Positions 1 through 14,340 of a stretch of 64,000 bases of DNA are shown here, piece by piece; position 1 is the stretch's first letter, and each line of letters begins with the position of its first letter. The notes beneath the pieces are model-generated. The model worked only from the letters and a program-made list of their open reading frames with translations. It had not been told where the DNA came from and made no database searches. Both the position numbers and the translations under genes were made by a program. The DNA comes from Rhynchobatus australiae. Its lineage: Eukaryota. The stretch covers positions 69,337,758 through 69,401,757 of the forward strand of contig JAUZTB010000127.1 of assembly GCA_034780895.1 (NCBI GenBank). The letters are read 5' to 3'.

Positions 1-1264
1 TGCTCCTAAGCAAAAAGGCTCTGCCCATCAAATGGACCAGGTCTTGCAATTGGAATACTGTCCAACTCATTCTATCAGATACAAAAGTAAAACCTGACCA
101 CTGAATGCCAATCTACACATTATGTTATTTGAGGACATCAACTAGATTTTCTAAATGTCCTGATTGGCAATCTGATGTATTTACTCCATTGTGGATCGAG
201 GATTTGTATGATCCCAATTCAACTGTTGATGTGAAGGATAAAAATTCTGAGGCCCCATTTTCTGCAGAATCCAAAGACCTGTATCTGCATCTTGCTAACC
301 AAAACTACCTTGCATTTTATCTCTGAGTGCATCTGGCTTAGTAAATTTCATGAGCAACTTAAAACTAAGGTTTGCGATCAATAGTCTTATTTTCTTTCAA
401 AGGCAGGAAAAGCTCTTGTAACATTTTCCATCATTGCAACCTGCAACAGCAGATGCTGTGACACCAAGAACATCAATGCATTGAGCAATAATTAGTCACT
501 CTCTCACCAGTGGACGAGGTGTCTAGTTTTAATGAAAATTGCATTATGATCTTTTTTCACTGACATTTCCTCTTTAGTGGCTCAATACTTACTGTATTTG
601 TCACTTTTTTGAGAACTTTAAATATTGTTCTGGATATAGTGTAGAGATGCATGTTGGCCATCTTGTAGACTTTAGGATTAATGATACAACTTAATATGTA
701 GAGCAACAGGTCTTCATGATAAACAGGAGGAATTGAAATGCAAAAAGAAAGATACAGCAATACTAAAAGTGCTTATGCAAAGAAATATGTTACTGTAATG
801 GCATCACCTATTACTGTATAGTTAATTCTTTAGCTGGTGGATAGAAAAAAATATTTGTAAATACAGTTTGTTCTTTAAAACCCTGGGAATGATTTGGTAA
901 AAAAATCTTGTTTAATGGGTATAGTTTTGGAGTAAACACAAACAATTGTTTTCATAGAATTAGTGGAATAGATATGATTTGAGGCTGTAGTTGTGATGCA
1001 CAGCTTTTTGATAAAGGTGTGTAAGTGGGCTTGACATTCAACAGTTCTTAAGGCCTGGAGAAAAGAATAAAGCTAAAAGTCCCTCTTGTCTACTTGAGCT
1101 GATCACTCAGAATGATCCTGAATAAACTCTGCTCCATTTACTACACTGTAAACGTGTGTTGATTTGAAGAGTGTTGTTTTCAACCTTAGAAAGAAACAGT
1201 CTGATTACCAATAGCCTGCCCTCTGACATATTTATTTAGGCAATTTACACAGAAAAAAGCTTAC

Positions 1265-1372
1265 CTTTCCTTCTTTTATTTTCACAGCAATGATCTGCTT
1301 CCTTTGTCTGATAATGTCCATCAGCTCATCGCATTCCTCTTTCAGTTTGTTCTCTTGTATTGCGGTGTTAAC
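1265..1372 (-). CDS. MID2: MID2 coding exon 3 (coiled-coil), 108 nt
   Basis: gctgacag|GTT AAC ACC...GGA AAG|gtaagc = [36 protein letters not shown]. Matches MID2 [36 protein letters not shown]; phase 0/0. Confidence 0.95.
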
Positions 1373-2419
1373 CTGTCAGCAAGTATCAGTAGAGCTCTTA
1401 TCATCCATTCTTATAGAAATCATTGACTTTCAGTCGGATACTTTCAGCCTTGCTACAAGCTCAGAGGTAAGATGGNNNNNNNNNNNNNNNNNNNNNNNNN
1501 NNNNNNNNNNAGCTCTGCTGCTATTCTTTACATATTATCTGTGTATTGTTCCTTTGAGTGTGATGAGATATCACCACTTTGCTGGAGAGGATTCAGCTCC
1601 ATTACCACCTGGAGCTCAATACTTACTTACAACATAATAATCCACTTGATCAGTACTCCTAGACTAGCTTAAATATTAATTCCTGCACAATGATAATGAA
1701 ACTGTACAGCAACTTGCTATCCCTTTTTGACAACACCTCTCAAGCCTGTGATTGCTTATAGAGCATATAGAAGATCAAAGGCACAAGGTGCAAAATGACA
1801 TTATTTGAGTTGCCCTTTATGCCAATTAATATTCTTACTTGAACACTGAACCAAAATCCTGGAAGCTCCCACCAAACAATGCTGTCACCACACGCTGTGA
1901 AATGGTGCAAATGACTCATTACCAACATCTACAAATAAATGGACACTGACATGCAGTTCCTGAACGAATTTTTTAAAAAATGCAGCTCGGGCCAGGTAGC
2001 ATTTGTACTGAGCAGTTCTACACACAAAGCATAATGTTCCTTGAATTGGAAAAGCACAATTATTCTTTTACCCCATACTTCAGGCGAATGCTGCACAATA
2101 CAAGCATTAAGTTCAGTTATAGCACACAGTAAGAAAAACTTGTCAAGTCTTATACCCTTCTCCTATATCAGTGTGACAATAATTAATTTCCTATAATAAT
2201 CATCCTGTGGCCTGAAGGAGAGATTTGGGGACAAAAATTGTGTCATTCTCACTCTGCAGATACATGTGTATCTTTGGTTTGGTTTGGTTTGAATTGGATT
2301 AGTAGTATTAAAATCCAATTTCAAGTAGAATCCTTACAGGTTCTACTTAAGAAAAATGTTCCATCTATTCATATACATTGAATTTTCACCTCCTAGAACT
2401 TTGATTCAAAGCATCTTCA

Positions 2420-3316
2420 NNNNNNNNNNNNNNNNNNNNNNNNNNNNNNNNNNNNNNNNNNNNNNNNNNNNNNNNNNNNNNNNNNNNNNNNNNNNNNNNN
2501 NNNNNNNNNNNNNNNNNNNNNNNNNNNNNNNNNNNNNNNNNNNNNNNNNNNNNNNNNNNNNNNNNNNNNNNNNNNNNNNNNNNNNNNNNNNNNNNNNNNN
2601 NNNNNNNNNNNNNNNNNNNNNNNNNNNNNNNNNNNNNNNNNNNNNNNNNNNNNNNNNNNNNNNNNNNNNNNNNNNNNNNNNNNNNNNNNNNNNNNNNNNN
2701 NNNNNNNNNNNNNNNNNNNNNNNNNNNNNNNNNNNNNNNNNNNNNNNNNNNNNNNNNNNNNNNNNNNNNNNNNNNNNNNNNNNNNNNNNNNNNNNNNNNN
2801 NNNNNNNNNNNNNNNNNNNNNNNNNNNNNNNNNNNNNNNNNNNNNNNNNNNNNNNNNNNNNNNNNNNNNNNNNNNNNNNNNNNNNNNNNNNNNNNNNNNN
2901 NNNNNNNNNNNNNNNNNNNNNNNNNNNNNNNNNNNNNNNNNNNNNNNNNNNNNNNNNNNNNNNNNNNNNNNNNNNNNNNNNNNNNNNNNNNNNNNNNNNN
3001 NNNNNNNNNNNNNNNNNNNNNNNNNNNNNNNNNNNNNNNNNNNNNNNNNNNNNNNNNNNNNNNNNNNNNNNNNNNNNNNNNNNNNNNNNNNNNNNNNNNN
3101 NNNNNNNNNNNNNNNNNNNNNNNNNNNNNNNNNNNNNNNNNNNNNNNNNNNNNNNNNNNNNNNNNNNNNNNNNNNNNNNNNNNNNNNNNNNNNNNNNNNN
3201 NNNNNNNNNNNNNNNNNNNNNNNNNNNNNNNNNNNNNNNNNNNNNNNNNNNNNNNNNNNNNNNNNNNNNNNNNNNNNNNNNNNNNNNNNNNNNNNNNNNN
3301 NNNNNNNNNNNNNNNN
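2420..3316. other. Assembly gap (N run)
   Basis: 897 N. Confidence 1.
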
Positions 3317-5202
3317 ACTCCTCTCTGAATTACGTCCAAAGGAGGAGGAATAGGATGCAAACCAGGCTGTCATCAATGCCTTCGAATGGAGAAGTGAACA
3401 AGAATTTTAAAAAATGCCTTCTTGCCCATGTCCCAGTTGGAAATCCATTGAAGGTCCATTGTGATCCCATCTCAAATTAAATATTCCATCTAAACTCACT
3501 GCCCAGTGCAACACATGAAGAATAATCACTTGGTAAGGCCACTACTGTGGCTAAAGCTATTTTAGCTTCAGTTTTTGCCTTTTGAAAAAGAGAGTGATAT
3601 GGAGGTAATAGGAATGTCAAGTATATATTTTGAGACGTGACAGCACTTCTCCTCAAATACTCATGGATAGAGCAGCTCATGTTCCATATCAGTTAATTAA
3701 AAAAGAAAACTCTTCTCATCGATAAATCCTTTTAGGAGGGAGAGAAGTTGTGTACTTTTTGCAGCAATAACAGCATGTGCAGGTGACGCAAAGTTACATT
3801 GTGATTTCTCATGGTTATAAGCAGACAGAAACAAAATGTCATCCAGTTTCTTCTGAAGGCTTTGCTCTTTGTAAAAGACTGCCTGAGGATTGTTGGTTCA
3901 TTAGCCTCAGTAGGCATTGCACAAACCCTGCTGAGGTAAGGCAGGAAAAATACTAAAGCAGACTGACACAACTGGCTGGCCTCAGGTGGACCCCAGATGT
4001 GCTGACTTTGACAGGGGGAGGTTTGGGTACAGACTCCATTGGCACACAANNNNNNNNNAACAGAAACATCACCTTCATGTAAGGGGCCTTGAACTTTGGT
4101 CTAGCAGAAAACAATGTTGTTATTTAACTAAATAGTTCTTTGTATGTCTACTGATGAAGCTGGAAAAGCAAAATGTTCCTCTTTCATTAAGCTAATGGTA
4201 CATATTCTGAGGGCTTGGTGGTTGAGAAGATAAGCAACAATAATAGAAGTGTATTTTATTAGAAATAAAAGCACAGGCCTTTCTCAGCAATAGAGTGAGT
4301 CTCAATAGGCAGCTATAAACCTCAACAGGTCAATTTATTTTGTGAACTCTGATGTCAGAAATATTTATGACAGTTACAGTAAAATAGAAGTAGTCTCATT
4401 TATCCGTTCTGTAAGCTCTGTTGAGCTGCTTGCCTTTTCAATTCCTTTCTCAGATTTGGTTTGTAGTTTCTCTGTCAAATTCTGTTATTTTTTGATAACA
4501 CACTTTATTCAATATTTTTGTTCCAGGAGAAAGAATGAGTCTTCATGTTATTCATAATGTCATTACACATCGTTGCCATGATTGAATTTCCCTGATGTGT
4601 ATTTATATTGCACAGCAAATTAAAGAGGGAACTTTAATGAGATCTTTGGCAGAAAAATTGATTGAAAGGTAATAGATGGTTTGAGATATGAGACAGACTA
4701 TGAAGTGAGTTTTGGGATTGCTATTATCTATTTGGTTCAGAATCATTATCATTATTCTACTTCAATGAATGAAATATTTTTAAGCACAAGCATTCCGAGA
4801 TCACAAACATCGGTTAGGTAAAAGGATAAGGCTTTCTCCTGAGATTTTTGAGATCTTGGGGAGCATGGTATAAAAGTGAAACACCCTTTGCACTGTCCCA
4901 TAATGCATTCTCAATCAGCAGAGGAAGATTGCATTTTCATCCCTTAGCCTGTTTGGACTGAATCCAATTCCAAGCTTTTATCAATTGAACCAGTACTGAC
5001 TGAACATTTTGGAAATAAAGGAATCAAGGGTTATCCTTTTATAAATGACGTGATAATAAGGTTCTTCTTATACTACTACATTCCTCACTTGGAATACGTC
5101 CTGTTGTCTGTTAGTCCTACACTCAAATTGCTGTCAGCAATTGTGTGACATTTCATTCTCAGCCTTGCTGAGACTACACTGTCATTTGAGATTGAGTTGG
5201 TA

Positions 5203-5432
5203 TGGCATGGTGGCATTATGTCTCACCGCTTCAGCAGCCTGGGTTTGATCCTGACCTCAGGTTCTCTAGTTTCGTCCCACATGAAGGGAAGACTTACAAG
5301 GGAGATGTTGGGCGTGTATGACAGAGTAAGTTGCAGGGGTACAGGAAAATAGAAATGAATGGGACCAATTGGATTGCTCCCAGAGAACTGGGTTGGACAT
5401 GATGGGCTGAATGGCCTCTTTCTGTGTCATTA
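5203..5432 (+). mobile_element. tRNA-derived SINE (V-SINE/HE1-like) with CR1-type tail
   Basis: Head ggcatggtggc...ctgggtttgatcctgacc; tail atgggctgaatggcctctttctgtg. Confidence 0.7.
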
Positions 5433-7423
5433 TACATATGATAAAATGTTCTGGAGGTTTTTGAAGACTACAAAACTACCACTTTGGATTAATTTATTTT
5501 TGTCAGAAGTTACTTTGTATTTAGCTCAAAAATTTATCAGATCCTCTTGGGAATTAGACTATCAATGGGAACCAAAACACAAGTGTTTTGTGGCGAGGAG
5601 GAGAAGGCATGGGTAAGTGCTGCTTCCAGTATTTGTTTACTCCAGTATGAAAGTAAATAATACCCAATTTTTTTGCAATTTGAGCAAGGATTTTCAGGTT
5701 TGCTGATGAATAAATCTGTATTACACAATGATCTTCGCTTTTGAAAACAAGTGCATGCCTTACTGGTACTGTTAAGTGAGAAACTGGAATTAATGCCTAC
5801 AGATGCTAAGTGGATTCACCTCCATTTTACTAGATTAAGTCATCTAGACTGAATGTTAACATGCCAAGGACTAACAACAGGGAGGTGTAGAAGTTAATTT
5901 AAAGCATTGCTTATTAGTGTGTCGGGTCAGATGAAGTAACTAAAGAAGAAGATCTGCATTTTTACCAGCTGCTTTGTATTGCAAATTTCTAATACAATTT
6001 ATACACAATAAATTTATTTTAATTGCAGTGATCTGCAATATTTTTTAATGTTGATATGGCCACTCTTTTGCACACTGCAAGATTCTGCAAACAGTAATGA
6101 AATGATAAACATTTAATCATTTTTGTATGTGAGAAAAATATTGTACAGAGCATCAGTAGAAATCCTTGTGTGCATTAAAGTACTTANNNNNNNNNNNNNN
6201 NNNNNNNNNNNNNNNNNNNNNNNNNNNNNNNNNNNNNNNNNNNNNNNNNNNNNNNNNNNNNNNNNNNNNNNNNNNNNNNNNNNNNNNNNNNNNNNNNNNN
6301 NNNNNNNNNNNNNNNNNNNNNNNNNNNTCATAGTTGTACTGAGTGAAGCTAGGCTGACATCTCAAACGTTAAATATACCTATATAGAAAAAAAAGTAGTA
6401 ATTAGAAGGAACCTTTCATAGCTTCCCGCAGTGTTTTACAAATTCCTCTGGGTTCCATGTTTAGTGCAAAGTAATATATTAACAACTTCTTTAAATTGTG
6501 CATACAGAATTTGGCATAAACATATTAACTGGAATGCCAAGAACACTACAGAGAAATTTCAAGCCATATATTTTATAGTGGAGGTTGTACTGCCTTAGTG
6601 TTAATATCTTTATAGATAATCTAGGTGATCTAACACAGTACAGTATATCAAAGTTGAAAGAGGAAAGAAAATAAAATTCAATTAGGATTTGTTAAGTCGT
6701 GTTATAGATTGCTGAGGAAAGACAGTTGGTATGGAATTCTAGGATTGGGGTAGCTTTAGGCACTATGTTATTGAGATGATAAATTACAAGGAGGATGATT
6801 TTCTTATGGTTGGTCTATGAAGTATTCATAAACACAGCACATTATATCAAACAGATAATATATTTGAAGGGATTCAGTGAGATACTTGTTACTCGACATT
6901 TGGGTTCATTGTGTGAGGCAAACATTTCCAGGTTGTTTTCTCGGACCATTCTTTTCTGAAAAGTCTTTTTCTTTTTGGCAAATTTTTAAGGGCTTTTGAA
7001 AAAGAACCATTTTGAAGGGCTTTTCCCACTCAAAAATTACAGACTTGCCATAAAGACAACTACCTTCCAATAATCAGAGGAAACATACAGCCTCTGAATC
7101 TTTTTCTGAAATCTCTGAATTTACTCAGCAAATCAACATTTGTTATGTAGTGGCTCATTCAATCTCCTATAAACCTCTTTAACTTGTCAGCAAAGCTCTC
7201 ATTTGTGAGGAAGTGCAGAGACCTCCAATTAACGCCCTGTTCTCCAAAAGACTAAAGACTGATACCATCCTGGACACTTACGAGGAAACAAATCTCATCA
7301 GTTACAAGTTACATAGTCAAATCTATGTGCTGTCCAGCATGCTGCAATAAAATTCTATTACCTATTGTTAGCATTAGTTTGTACCTCAGTAAAGTTAGCC
7401 AGCTTGCTAGTATAAGAACTCAC

Positions 7424-7519
7424 CTCCACTTGTTGGCAGATCTGAATGAGTCTGCCCATCTGTGACTCCAGCTCAGTATTCCTCTTTACAAGGTTCGTAA
7501 GGTTAGCCTCCAATGCTTG
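7424..7519 (-). CDS. MID2: MID2 coding exon 2 (start of coiled-coil), 96 nt
   Basis: Read manually (absent from the ORF track): ttcttgtctcaccacag|CAA GCA TTG...GTG GAG|gtgagt = [32 protein letters not shown]. Matches MID2 [32 protein letters not shown]; phase 0/0. Confidence 0.95.
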
Positions 7520-7877
7520 CTGTGGTGAGACAAGAAATAGTCATGAGAGTTTTTGGATGTATCCTTTACTCATTATTTACGTGCTCTACAAGATGAGAAA
7601 TTTTCATACATTCTCAGTTTCCCAAATCAAACAAAACAGTCACCTAAGTAGTCATTCTACTGTACATCAAATAATGGATGAATGTTAGCCCCATCTCAGA
7701 ATGAAATGTTTCTCCAATTAACCCATCCGGTGCTTCCACATAATCTGTTGTGAATGAGATTCTTTGTAGGTATTGGATTTTTGCTCACTAGCATCCGGGT
7801 TGAAATTATTTATTAGATATTTTATTTGTGGAACATAAGTATCAATGGAAAGGCACAGGAGTGCAAGGCATAAATGG

Positions 7878-8137
7878 ATCCTGACCTCAGTTTCGTCCTG
7901 ACCTTGGATACTGGGCTCTGAGGAGTTTACAGGTTCTCCCCGTGACCACATGGGTTTCCTCCCACATCCCAAAGACATGCTAGTAGGTTAACTGGCTACT
8001 GTAAACTACCCCTTAGTGTTGGTAAATGGCAAGAGAATGAAAGGGAAGTCACAGGGAAATAAGGGTAGAATGGGATTGAAGTGAATGCACTTTTGGGAGC
8101 TGGAATGGATTGGCTGGGCCCAACGGCCTGCTATTTG
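7878..8137 (+). mobile_element. V-SINE-like element
   Basis: V-domain-like ggagtttacaggttctccccgtgaccacatgggtttcctcccacatcccaaagac...gtaaactacccctt; tail gggcccaacggcctg. Confidence 0.75.
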
Positions 8138-8149
8138 TAGGTAAGTAAG

Positions 8150-8490
8150 GCATTTATTGTACGTCCCTAATTACTCTCAAATAAGTAACTTCATCAGCCT
8201 TTTCAGAGGACAGTTAAAAGTTGTCAACCACAGATCTGGAATCATATACATGCCAGACCAAGGAAGTACTACTATCCTGAATGACTTTGGTGGTCACAAA
8301 GTATTCAAGCATCAGGGAGTTCCAAAGGCAAACTTATGGATATGTGCTTTATATAGATTTATTTAGCTAAATGGGGTTAAATTCCTCGACTCTTATGGTG
8401 AGATTCATCTCCAAATTATTAGTCCATGCGCATGGACAACTACAATTACTGTAATACTCTGGATTACTAGACCAGTAATATAATTTCAGT
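8150..8490 (-). mobile_element. Decayed tRNA-head SINE with LINE-derived tail
   Basis: Reverse complement of the head tactggtctagtaatccagag; related to the copies at 10930 and 24790. Confidence 0.5.
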
Positions 8491-10929
8491 GTTTTCATAC
8501 CTCTAATGATCCAAATTTATTTGACAAAGGATCATTGTAATAGCACAAAGGTGAAAGTCTAATCTTGGTTAGATTCAACAGAAATTCCAGAGGTGAAGAG
8601 ATAGACTTGAGTCATGGATCAGCCATTGTGTTCCACTATGCAGATTTATTTTAAACCATATCCAAAAGGAAGTGGATGTCAAATGGTGAATACTTAATGT
8701 GTTCTGCTGTNNNNNNNNNNTTTGCCATGAGCACAGATCTTGAGAAAATGTACCTTTTCAGCAACGTTATTGATCATCATCTCACTTTTACTTAATTAGT
8801 TTATGTCGAAGGATGTATGGTGAAGGCAATTACAGATGGATGTGCATCTCAGGGCCAGAGGGTGACACATTTATCAAAGATCCAGCATAAGCTCTATTTC
8901 ATTCACTAGATGTCTGCGGGGAAATGATAGCTATACACAGGTGAAAAGACTGTAATAAAGAATGCATCTGACACAAGTGTAAAATATCAATCACATGAGG
9001 AAATTATAAAAGGATTTTGAGCAGCTACTTAAAGCATTTCCGTGCTATACTGTGCTAATGGGCCAAACTACTCTTATTGACTCCAGCAATGCAGCATGTC
9101 TATTATTTCAAGTACTCTAGTTTACAGTATCCATACATTCTCTTCTTGTACTGAGGACATAGACAAACTGACTTCCACCTCATATTTACCTTCACCAAAA
9201 TATGAATTTCCACTCACCAGCAAAGGCTTTGTGCCATTTTTGAGTTTAAGAATTTCACATTTTACATGTAATCCACGAACATAATGCAATTATTTGAAAA
9301 ATTGATCATTCCCATTTTGGGGATGCTGGAAATTCTGAAGGGATATTCTGTTTATTTTGAACAAATGGGTTATAAAAAAGCTGAAATATGAAACCAAAAT
9401 ATGATAGCAGCTTGAATGGTGACCCAACAAAACAAATTGCCATTATCTCCTCATTTCAGCAAAAATATGATTGAAATGATTTGAAATTAATGTGATTTAG
9501 TTAGAAAATCAATAGGAACCTATTTGAAATACAATACCTGCCTGGTATCATTTCACCTTTAAGAACTCAATAGCATTTGGCATCTTTCCTAACATGTAGT
9601 CAATACTATTCTATTTCTTTGACTCTTGTTAACCATTATTTTATTGGCCTTTATAGTCACTATAGATTAATACTAACTCATTGAACAGGAATCTGCATTT
9701 GCAATAGTATGCTTTAATACTGGGTTACACATAACATTATTAGTTCAGTATCAAATATTTTCCACTATTCATGGACCTGGATAATTGGATTGCTCAAATG
9801 TTTTCTCCAAACACAGACAAAAGCTCAAGATTATATTGTAGAATTAATTTTCCAGGTCCTTGGACTCATTGAAATACCTTGCATGCCCTAAGCAAAGAAT
9901 TGAAATAGCTACCCATGAAATATTTACACGTTTTAATAAGTTCACTTGTTTTATTGAAGTTTTAATGTTGCTGCCATGGAGATATACTAACTGCAGCACA
10001 GTTGGCATATGTGTTGCTGGGATAACATTACCAGGGATGGCTCTGTTCTACCAAAGTCTTACCATGTGAGCCTGATGAAATCCATTTGGGGGTGGGGGAA
10101 AGGGAGCTTGTTGCACCAGGTCCTCACCAACATGGCTTCACTGGTCAGCCAAATAAAGGTTAAGACCTCTTACAATGCCATTGACAATCATGCAAGGTAT
10201 GTCTTGCCAACGTACCCTGCATCAGCAAGCAAATTCAGAATTCCTTCCATTGAGAAGGACTTGATGGAAGTGCAGGTCAGAGATAGCACTGATTCATCAA
10301 TATGCATCCTTTGAGCCTGGCAAAATACTGGCCACACGGGATTTTTCCTGAATCATGCTGTGAAAAATCTCTTTGAAAAACAAATTACTTAAAATAAGCA
10401 GTACTCATAAATCTACAATCCGCTCAGTGAGTGCTCCCACATGGCAGAAACTCCTGCTGATATTCTGTTTACAGCAGTCAAAATTCCTCATGCATGTTGG
10501 TTGGAATAATATGCTGAAATCTCATTTGTAACCCGAAGCTACAAGGGTATATTTAATACAGGCCTGTGATTAACAACTGAATTGTGACTGAAAATTATTT
10601 AAATGTTAAATTTTAGTTAATATACATAATATTTCTCCACTGAGATTTGAAGTTAGTTTTTTTTTTACAGTCTGTATTTTAAATTTAGTATATTTATGAA
10701 ATTGAAACAAGTAAGCTAGGAAGATCTGAGATGATAAATGATAAAGGTACTAATGAAATCACTTCGAAGCTGTTTTCTCAAGGACCAAAAATAAGTAATT
10801 CAATAGATTGCCTCAGGAACTGAAAACTCACCTTAGACCTATTGTAGTGGAAGCATAAATGGAAAGAAGTGATGCACTGAAGAATGATGAAAGTGTCATA
10901 TCCAATTTTGACATTATGGTACAAGAATC

Positions 10930-11250
10930 GGCTATGCTGGTGTAGTGGTTATGTTATTGGTCCAAAATTGGTTGTACTATTAATTCAGAGGACACGTGTT
11001 TCAACCCCTGCATAGGAGTTTGAAAACTTGAAATAAAATAAATAACGATACCAATGAAACACTGACCATAAAGCTATCAGATTATTCATAGAACCCAAAA
11101 TAATCAGAAGCACCCTAGAGTCAGAGAAATAAACTGTTGTCCTTATATTAAAATGACCTCAGTACCATAATGAAAAGTGTGGTAGACTCTTAACTGTCAA
11201 TTGGTGCAGTTACTCATTTTCAGGGACGGGGGATAAATGGTGACCATACC
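10930..11250 (+). mobile_element. Decayed tRNA-head SINE sharing its 3' tail with the CR1/L2-type LINE at 13325
   Basis: ggtgtagtggttatgttattgg head; gactcttaactg...gggacgggggataaatggtg tail. Confidence 0.55.
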
Positions 11251-12214
11251 AAAAAGGTGGGAATAGTTTTTTTCAGAAAAGTATTAATAATTTTATTAGG
11301 GATTTGATGATTTTTTTATGGTGGGAGAACATATCTTTCATCTGACATACTGAGTCAATTGTAACACAGATCTGATGGCCTGATCCAGACTAAGTTTTCA
11401 CACATCAAATTTATCANNNNNNNNNNNNNNNNNNNNNNNNNNNNNNNNNNNNNNNNNNNNNNNNNNNNNNNNNNNNNNNNNNNNNNNNNNNNNNNNNNNN
11501 NNNNNNNNNNNNNNNNNNNNNNNNNNNNNNNNNNNNNNNNNNNNNNNNNNNNNNNNNNNNNNNNNNNNNNNNNNNNNNNNNNNNNNNNNNNNNNNNNNNN
11601 NNNNNNNNNNNNNNNNNNNNNNNNNNNNNNNNNNNNNNNNNNNCAACATGTATTTAGTTACAGGCAGGAAAACTGCTCCTTGAAATTACTATCCGTGTGA
11701 AAACTCAAATTTACTCTGCCTAATCTTAAAATATGAATTTGTAATCTGTATTTCTACACACCAAGACAAAATGATTGAAACCATTGCAGGAAAGACCATT
11801 CAGCTGACTGAGATCAAAGATTATTGGTGCTTTATTTGGGACTAATGCTCTGTCGTCATAACTTTGGAATGGCCATTTACACACGTAAATAGAACGCTAC
11901 CAAAACTCGGCAACAGAAGGTCTGAGTGACTGGAAACACTGGGGACCTTTGCCTTTGAAATAATGCAACTGAGAAGGAATCTTGGGGGCAGAATATCCAC
12001 CTAGCATTTAATGAAAATCCTGCATCTATGTACAATTTCATACATAAAATTTGACATTCAATTATGATTTCCTCAACAAATGTATATCAAAATTTTACTA
12101 TTACCAATGCTTCTGTCCATAGTTTTAATCATAATTTTTATGTATTCCTGAGCCTCTTTATAACATTTTCTGTTATACGAGCTGATGCTCCAATTGAAGA
12201 ACAATGTAGATTGC

Positions 12215-12420
12215 TTTTCATGATTTCAGGATATTCTAAGAAGCTTCACAAATAAAGGAGTATTTTTGAATTATAGTTACTGCAGTAATGTAGAGAAACA
12301 CATCTGCCAATTTTTGCATAACAAGATCCCACAAGTAGTGAAATGATACCATTAGATCTTTTAGGTCCATCTGAGAAGGTGGATAATGCCTCAGTTTTAT
12401 GTCCTATCCGAAGAAATCAT
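12215..12420 (-). mobile_element. Deu-domain SINE (SacSINE1/AmnSINE1-like) fragment
   Basis: gtaatgtagagaaac...gccaatttttgcataacaagatcccacaa...atctgagaaggtggataatgcctcagtttt resembles the reverse Deu-domain consensus. Confidence 0.6.
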
Positions 12421-13324
12421 TGCCTGAGAATTAAGTTCATAACATTTGAAATTGGTTGGTCAGAAATTAGATTTAGTAGTGGGGGAGAAGGTGGGGTGGC
12501 AAAGGATGTGGTAAATAAGTGGGGGAGCAGCAAGTGTCCGATTAAAGTTCCAGAGTGAAGTGACCTGGGAATGGTTGTTATTTATGTTCTATGCCTGGTA
12601 AAGTCAATTTTAATAACAAATCACTGAAAAATGTGTTATGCCATTGAATTTCTGAACCAGTAATGCAGTCACTGATATCAGATGTTTTACATCTTGTGCC
12701 AAGATCCTCATTCTCATACTCATACATACAGTGTAGACAGGTTTATCAAGAATGCACAACAATTGAAAATAATGAATTTAAAAATCATCTTAAATTCACA
12801 AGCTGGTTTATTTACCCATGACTCAAGGATTTAAGTGTCTGCTGTGTTTTACTCCACATGACTAATTACCAGTTTGTTCAAGAACATGAATGAACTCTGA
12901 GGCCTGAGAAACCAACATGCTGGAAGAAACAGGTAAAAGAAAATCTAGTTATTATACTTTTCCTTCCCAGTTTCATTACTTATGGTGTCATTCGAATGTG
13001 GAGTATTTAGAATGGTGGACTCTGTTCCAAAGCTCATAACTTCAGCAGATTTGTACAACTTATAATTGTCAGGAAATATCACAAATGCCAATCATGGTTC
13101 CTGTCGCCAGTGAGGAGTGAGATGGTCATAGTCTGAGATCAAAAGGAAGATTGCTAGAATCCTGGAAGCTAATTTTTATTTTCAATTTTCTTTCAATTTT
13201 TTTTCTTATTTACATAGAATCCTNNNNNNNNNNNNNNNNNNNNNNNNNNNNNNNNNNNNNNNNNNNNNNNNNNNNNNNNNNNNNNNNNNNNNNNNNNNNN
13301 NNNNNNNNNNNNNNNNNNNNNNNC

Positions 13325-13990
13325 TGCCATGCCGGCCCCTACACTACTACTGTGCCTGAGCTTTCCTTAGCTTCACCAAGTCCCACACCATCAATATCCT
13401 GGGGCGTCACCTCATTAACCAGGAACTCAACCGTAACAGCCACTAGAATACTTTGGTTCCAAGAGCAGGTCAGAAACTGTGTATCCCAGAGCAAGTGACT
13501 CACCTCCTGATACTTCAGTTCTTCTCCACCATCTGCAAGGCACAAGTCAGGAGTGCGATGGGATACTTTCCGTATGCTTGGATAAGTGCAGCCCCAACAA
13601 CTGCAAAGCAGCTTGACACCACCTCGGATGAAGTACCTCACCTGACTGGCACCCCATTCACTCTCTCCACCACCAGTACACGGTGGCCGCAGGGTGTCCA
13701 TCTACAAGATGCACCGCAGTCCTCACTTAGTCGACTCTAACGTCACCTTCCAAACCCATGGCCTCTAAGGACAAGGACAGCAGGGATGTGGGCTCCCCTC
13801 CAAGTTACACCCCACACATCACTCCTTTCTGATCCTTGCTCATAAATTTTGGAACTCCTTCCCCAACAGCTGTCGCCAGAAGGACTGCAGCTGATCGAGG
13901 CATCTCACCACCGCCTCCTCAAGGGCAATTGGAGATGAGCAATGAGTTCTGGCCTTGCTGAGGTGCCTTGATCTCAAGAAGGAAAGTAAA
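13325..13990 (+). mobile_element. CR1/L2-clade LINE 3' end (RT C-terminus + tail)
   Basis: Decayed ORF STICKAQVRSAMGYFPYAWISAAPTTAKQLDT; tail ctcaagggcaattggagatgagcaat. Confidence 0.8.
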
Positions 13991-14138
13991 TTCATTGAAT
14001 GTGACAGGACAGGTTGAGGAAGGGGTTTTAGAAGTTTACAAGCTTCTATGCAGTTAATGTGCAGAGGAAGAGTGTACAAGAGCATGGAAGTCACGATGAG
14101 TCTTTATAAAAAAGAACTGCTTTCGCTACAACTAAAGA

Positions 14139-14340
14139 CTCTGTTAATCCAGCACATTGGACTATGATGGTGCTGGACTAGCAGATTTTCCAGACTATTG
14201 AATGTTACTCCCTATAAGTAATACACCAACACACTTTTAATTCGATTTTTAAGACGTTACACAGTAGTATCTTAATTTTTCCAGTGAACCAGGTAAATTC
14301 AAAGGCACCCTGGGTGTTAAAGGGAGTGTGGGAACTACTG
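14139..14340. mobile_element. Possible Tc1/mariner (Tigger/pogo-like) DNA transposon end
   Basis: actctgttaatccagcac...gtgctggactagcagattttccagacta resembles Tigger-type subterminal repeats; no partner end found. Confidence 0.4.

Larger units (their letters stand above)
1373..7423 (-). other. MID2: MID2 intron (6,051 bp including gaps)
   Basis: GT..AG boundaries at 7423 and 1373; joins QVE|VNT in frame. Confidence 0.92.

Noticed and set aside
1290-1637. + strand ORFs overlapping MID2 exons (1290-1637 and 7446-7688)
   Set aside because: Antisense shadows of the real minus-strand exons with no recognisable protein.
2356-3480. Long ORFs of 300-400 aa in the ORF track (also 34216-35554 and 44681-45832)
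   Set aside because: They consist almost entirely of X from N gaps; artefacts.
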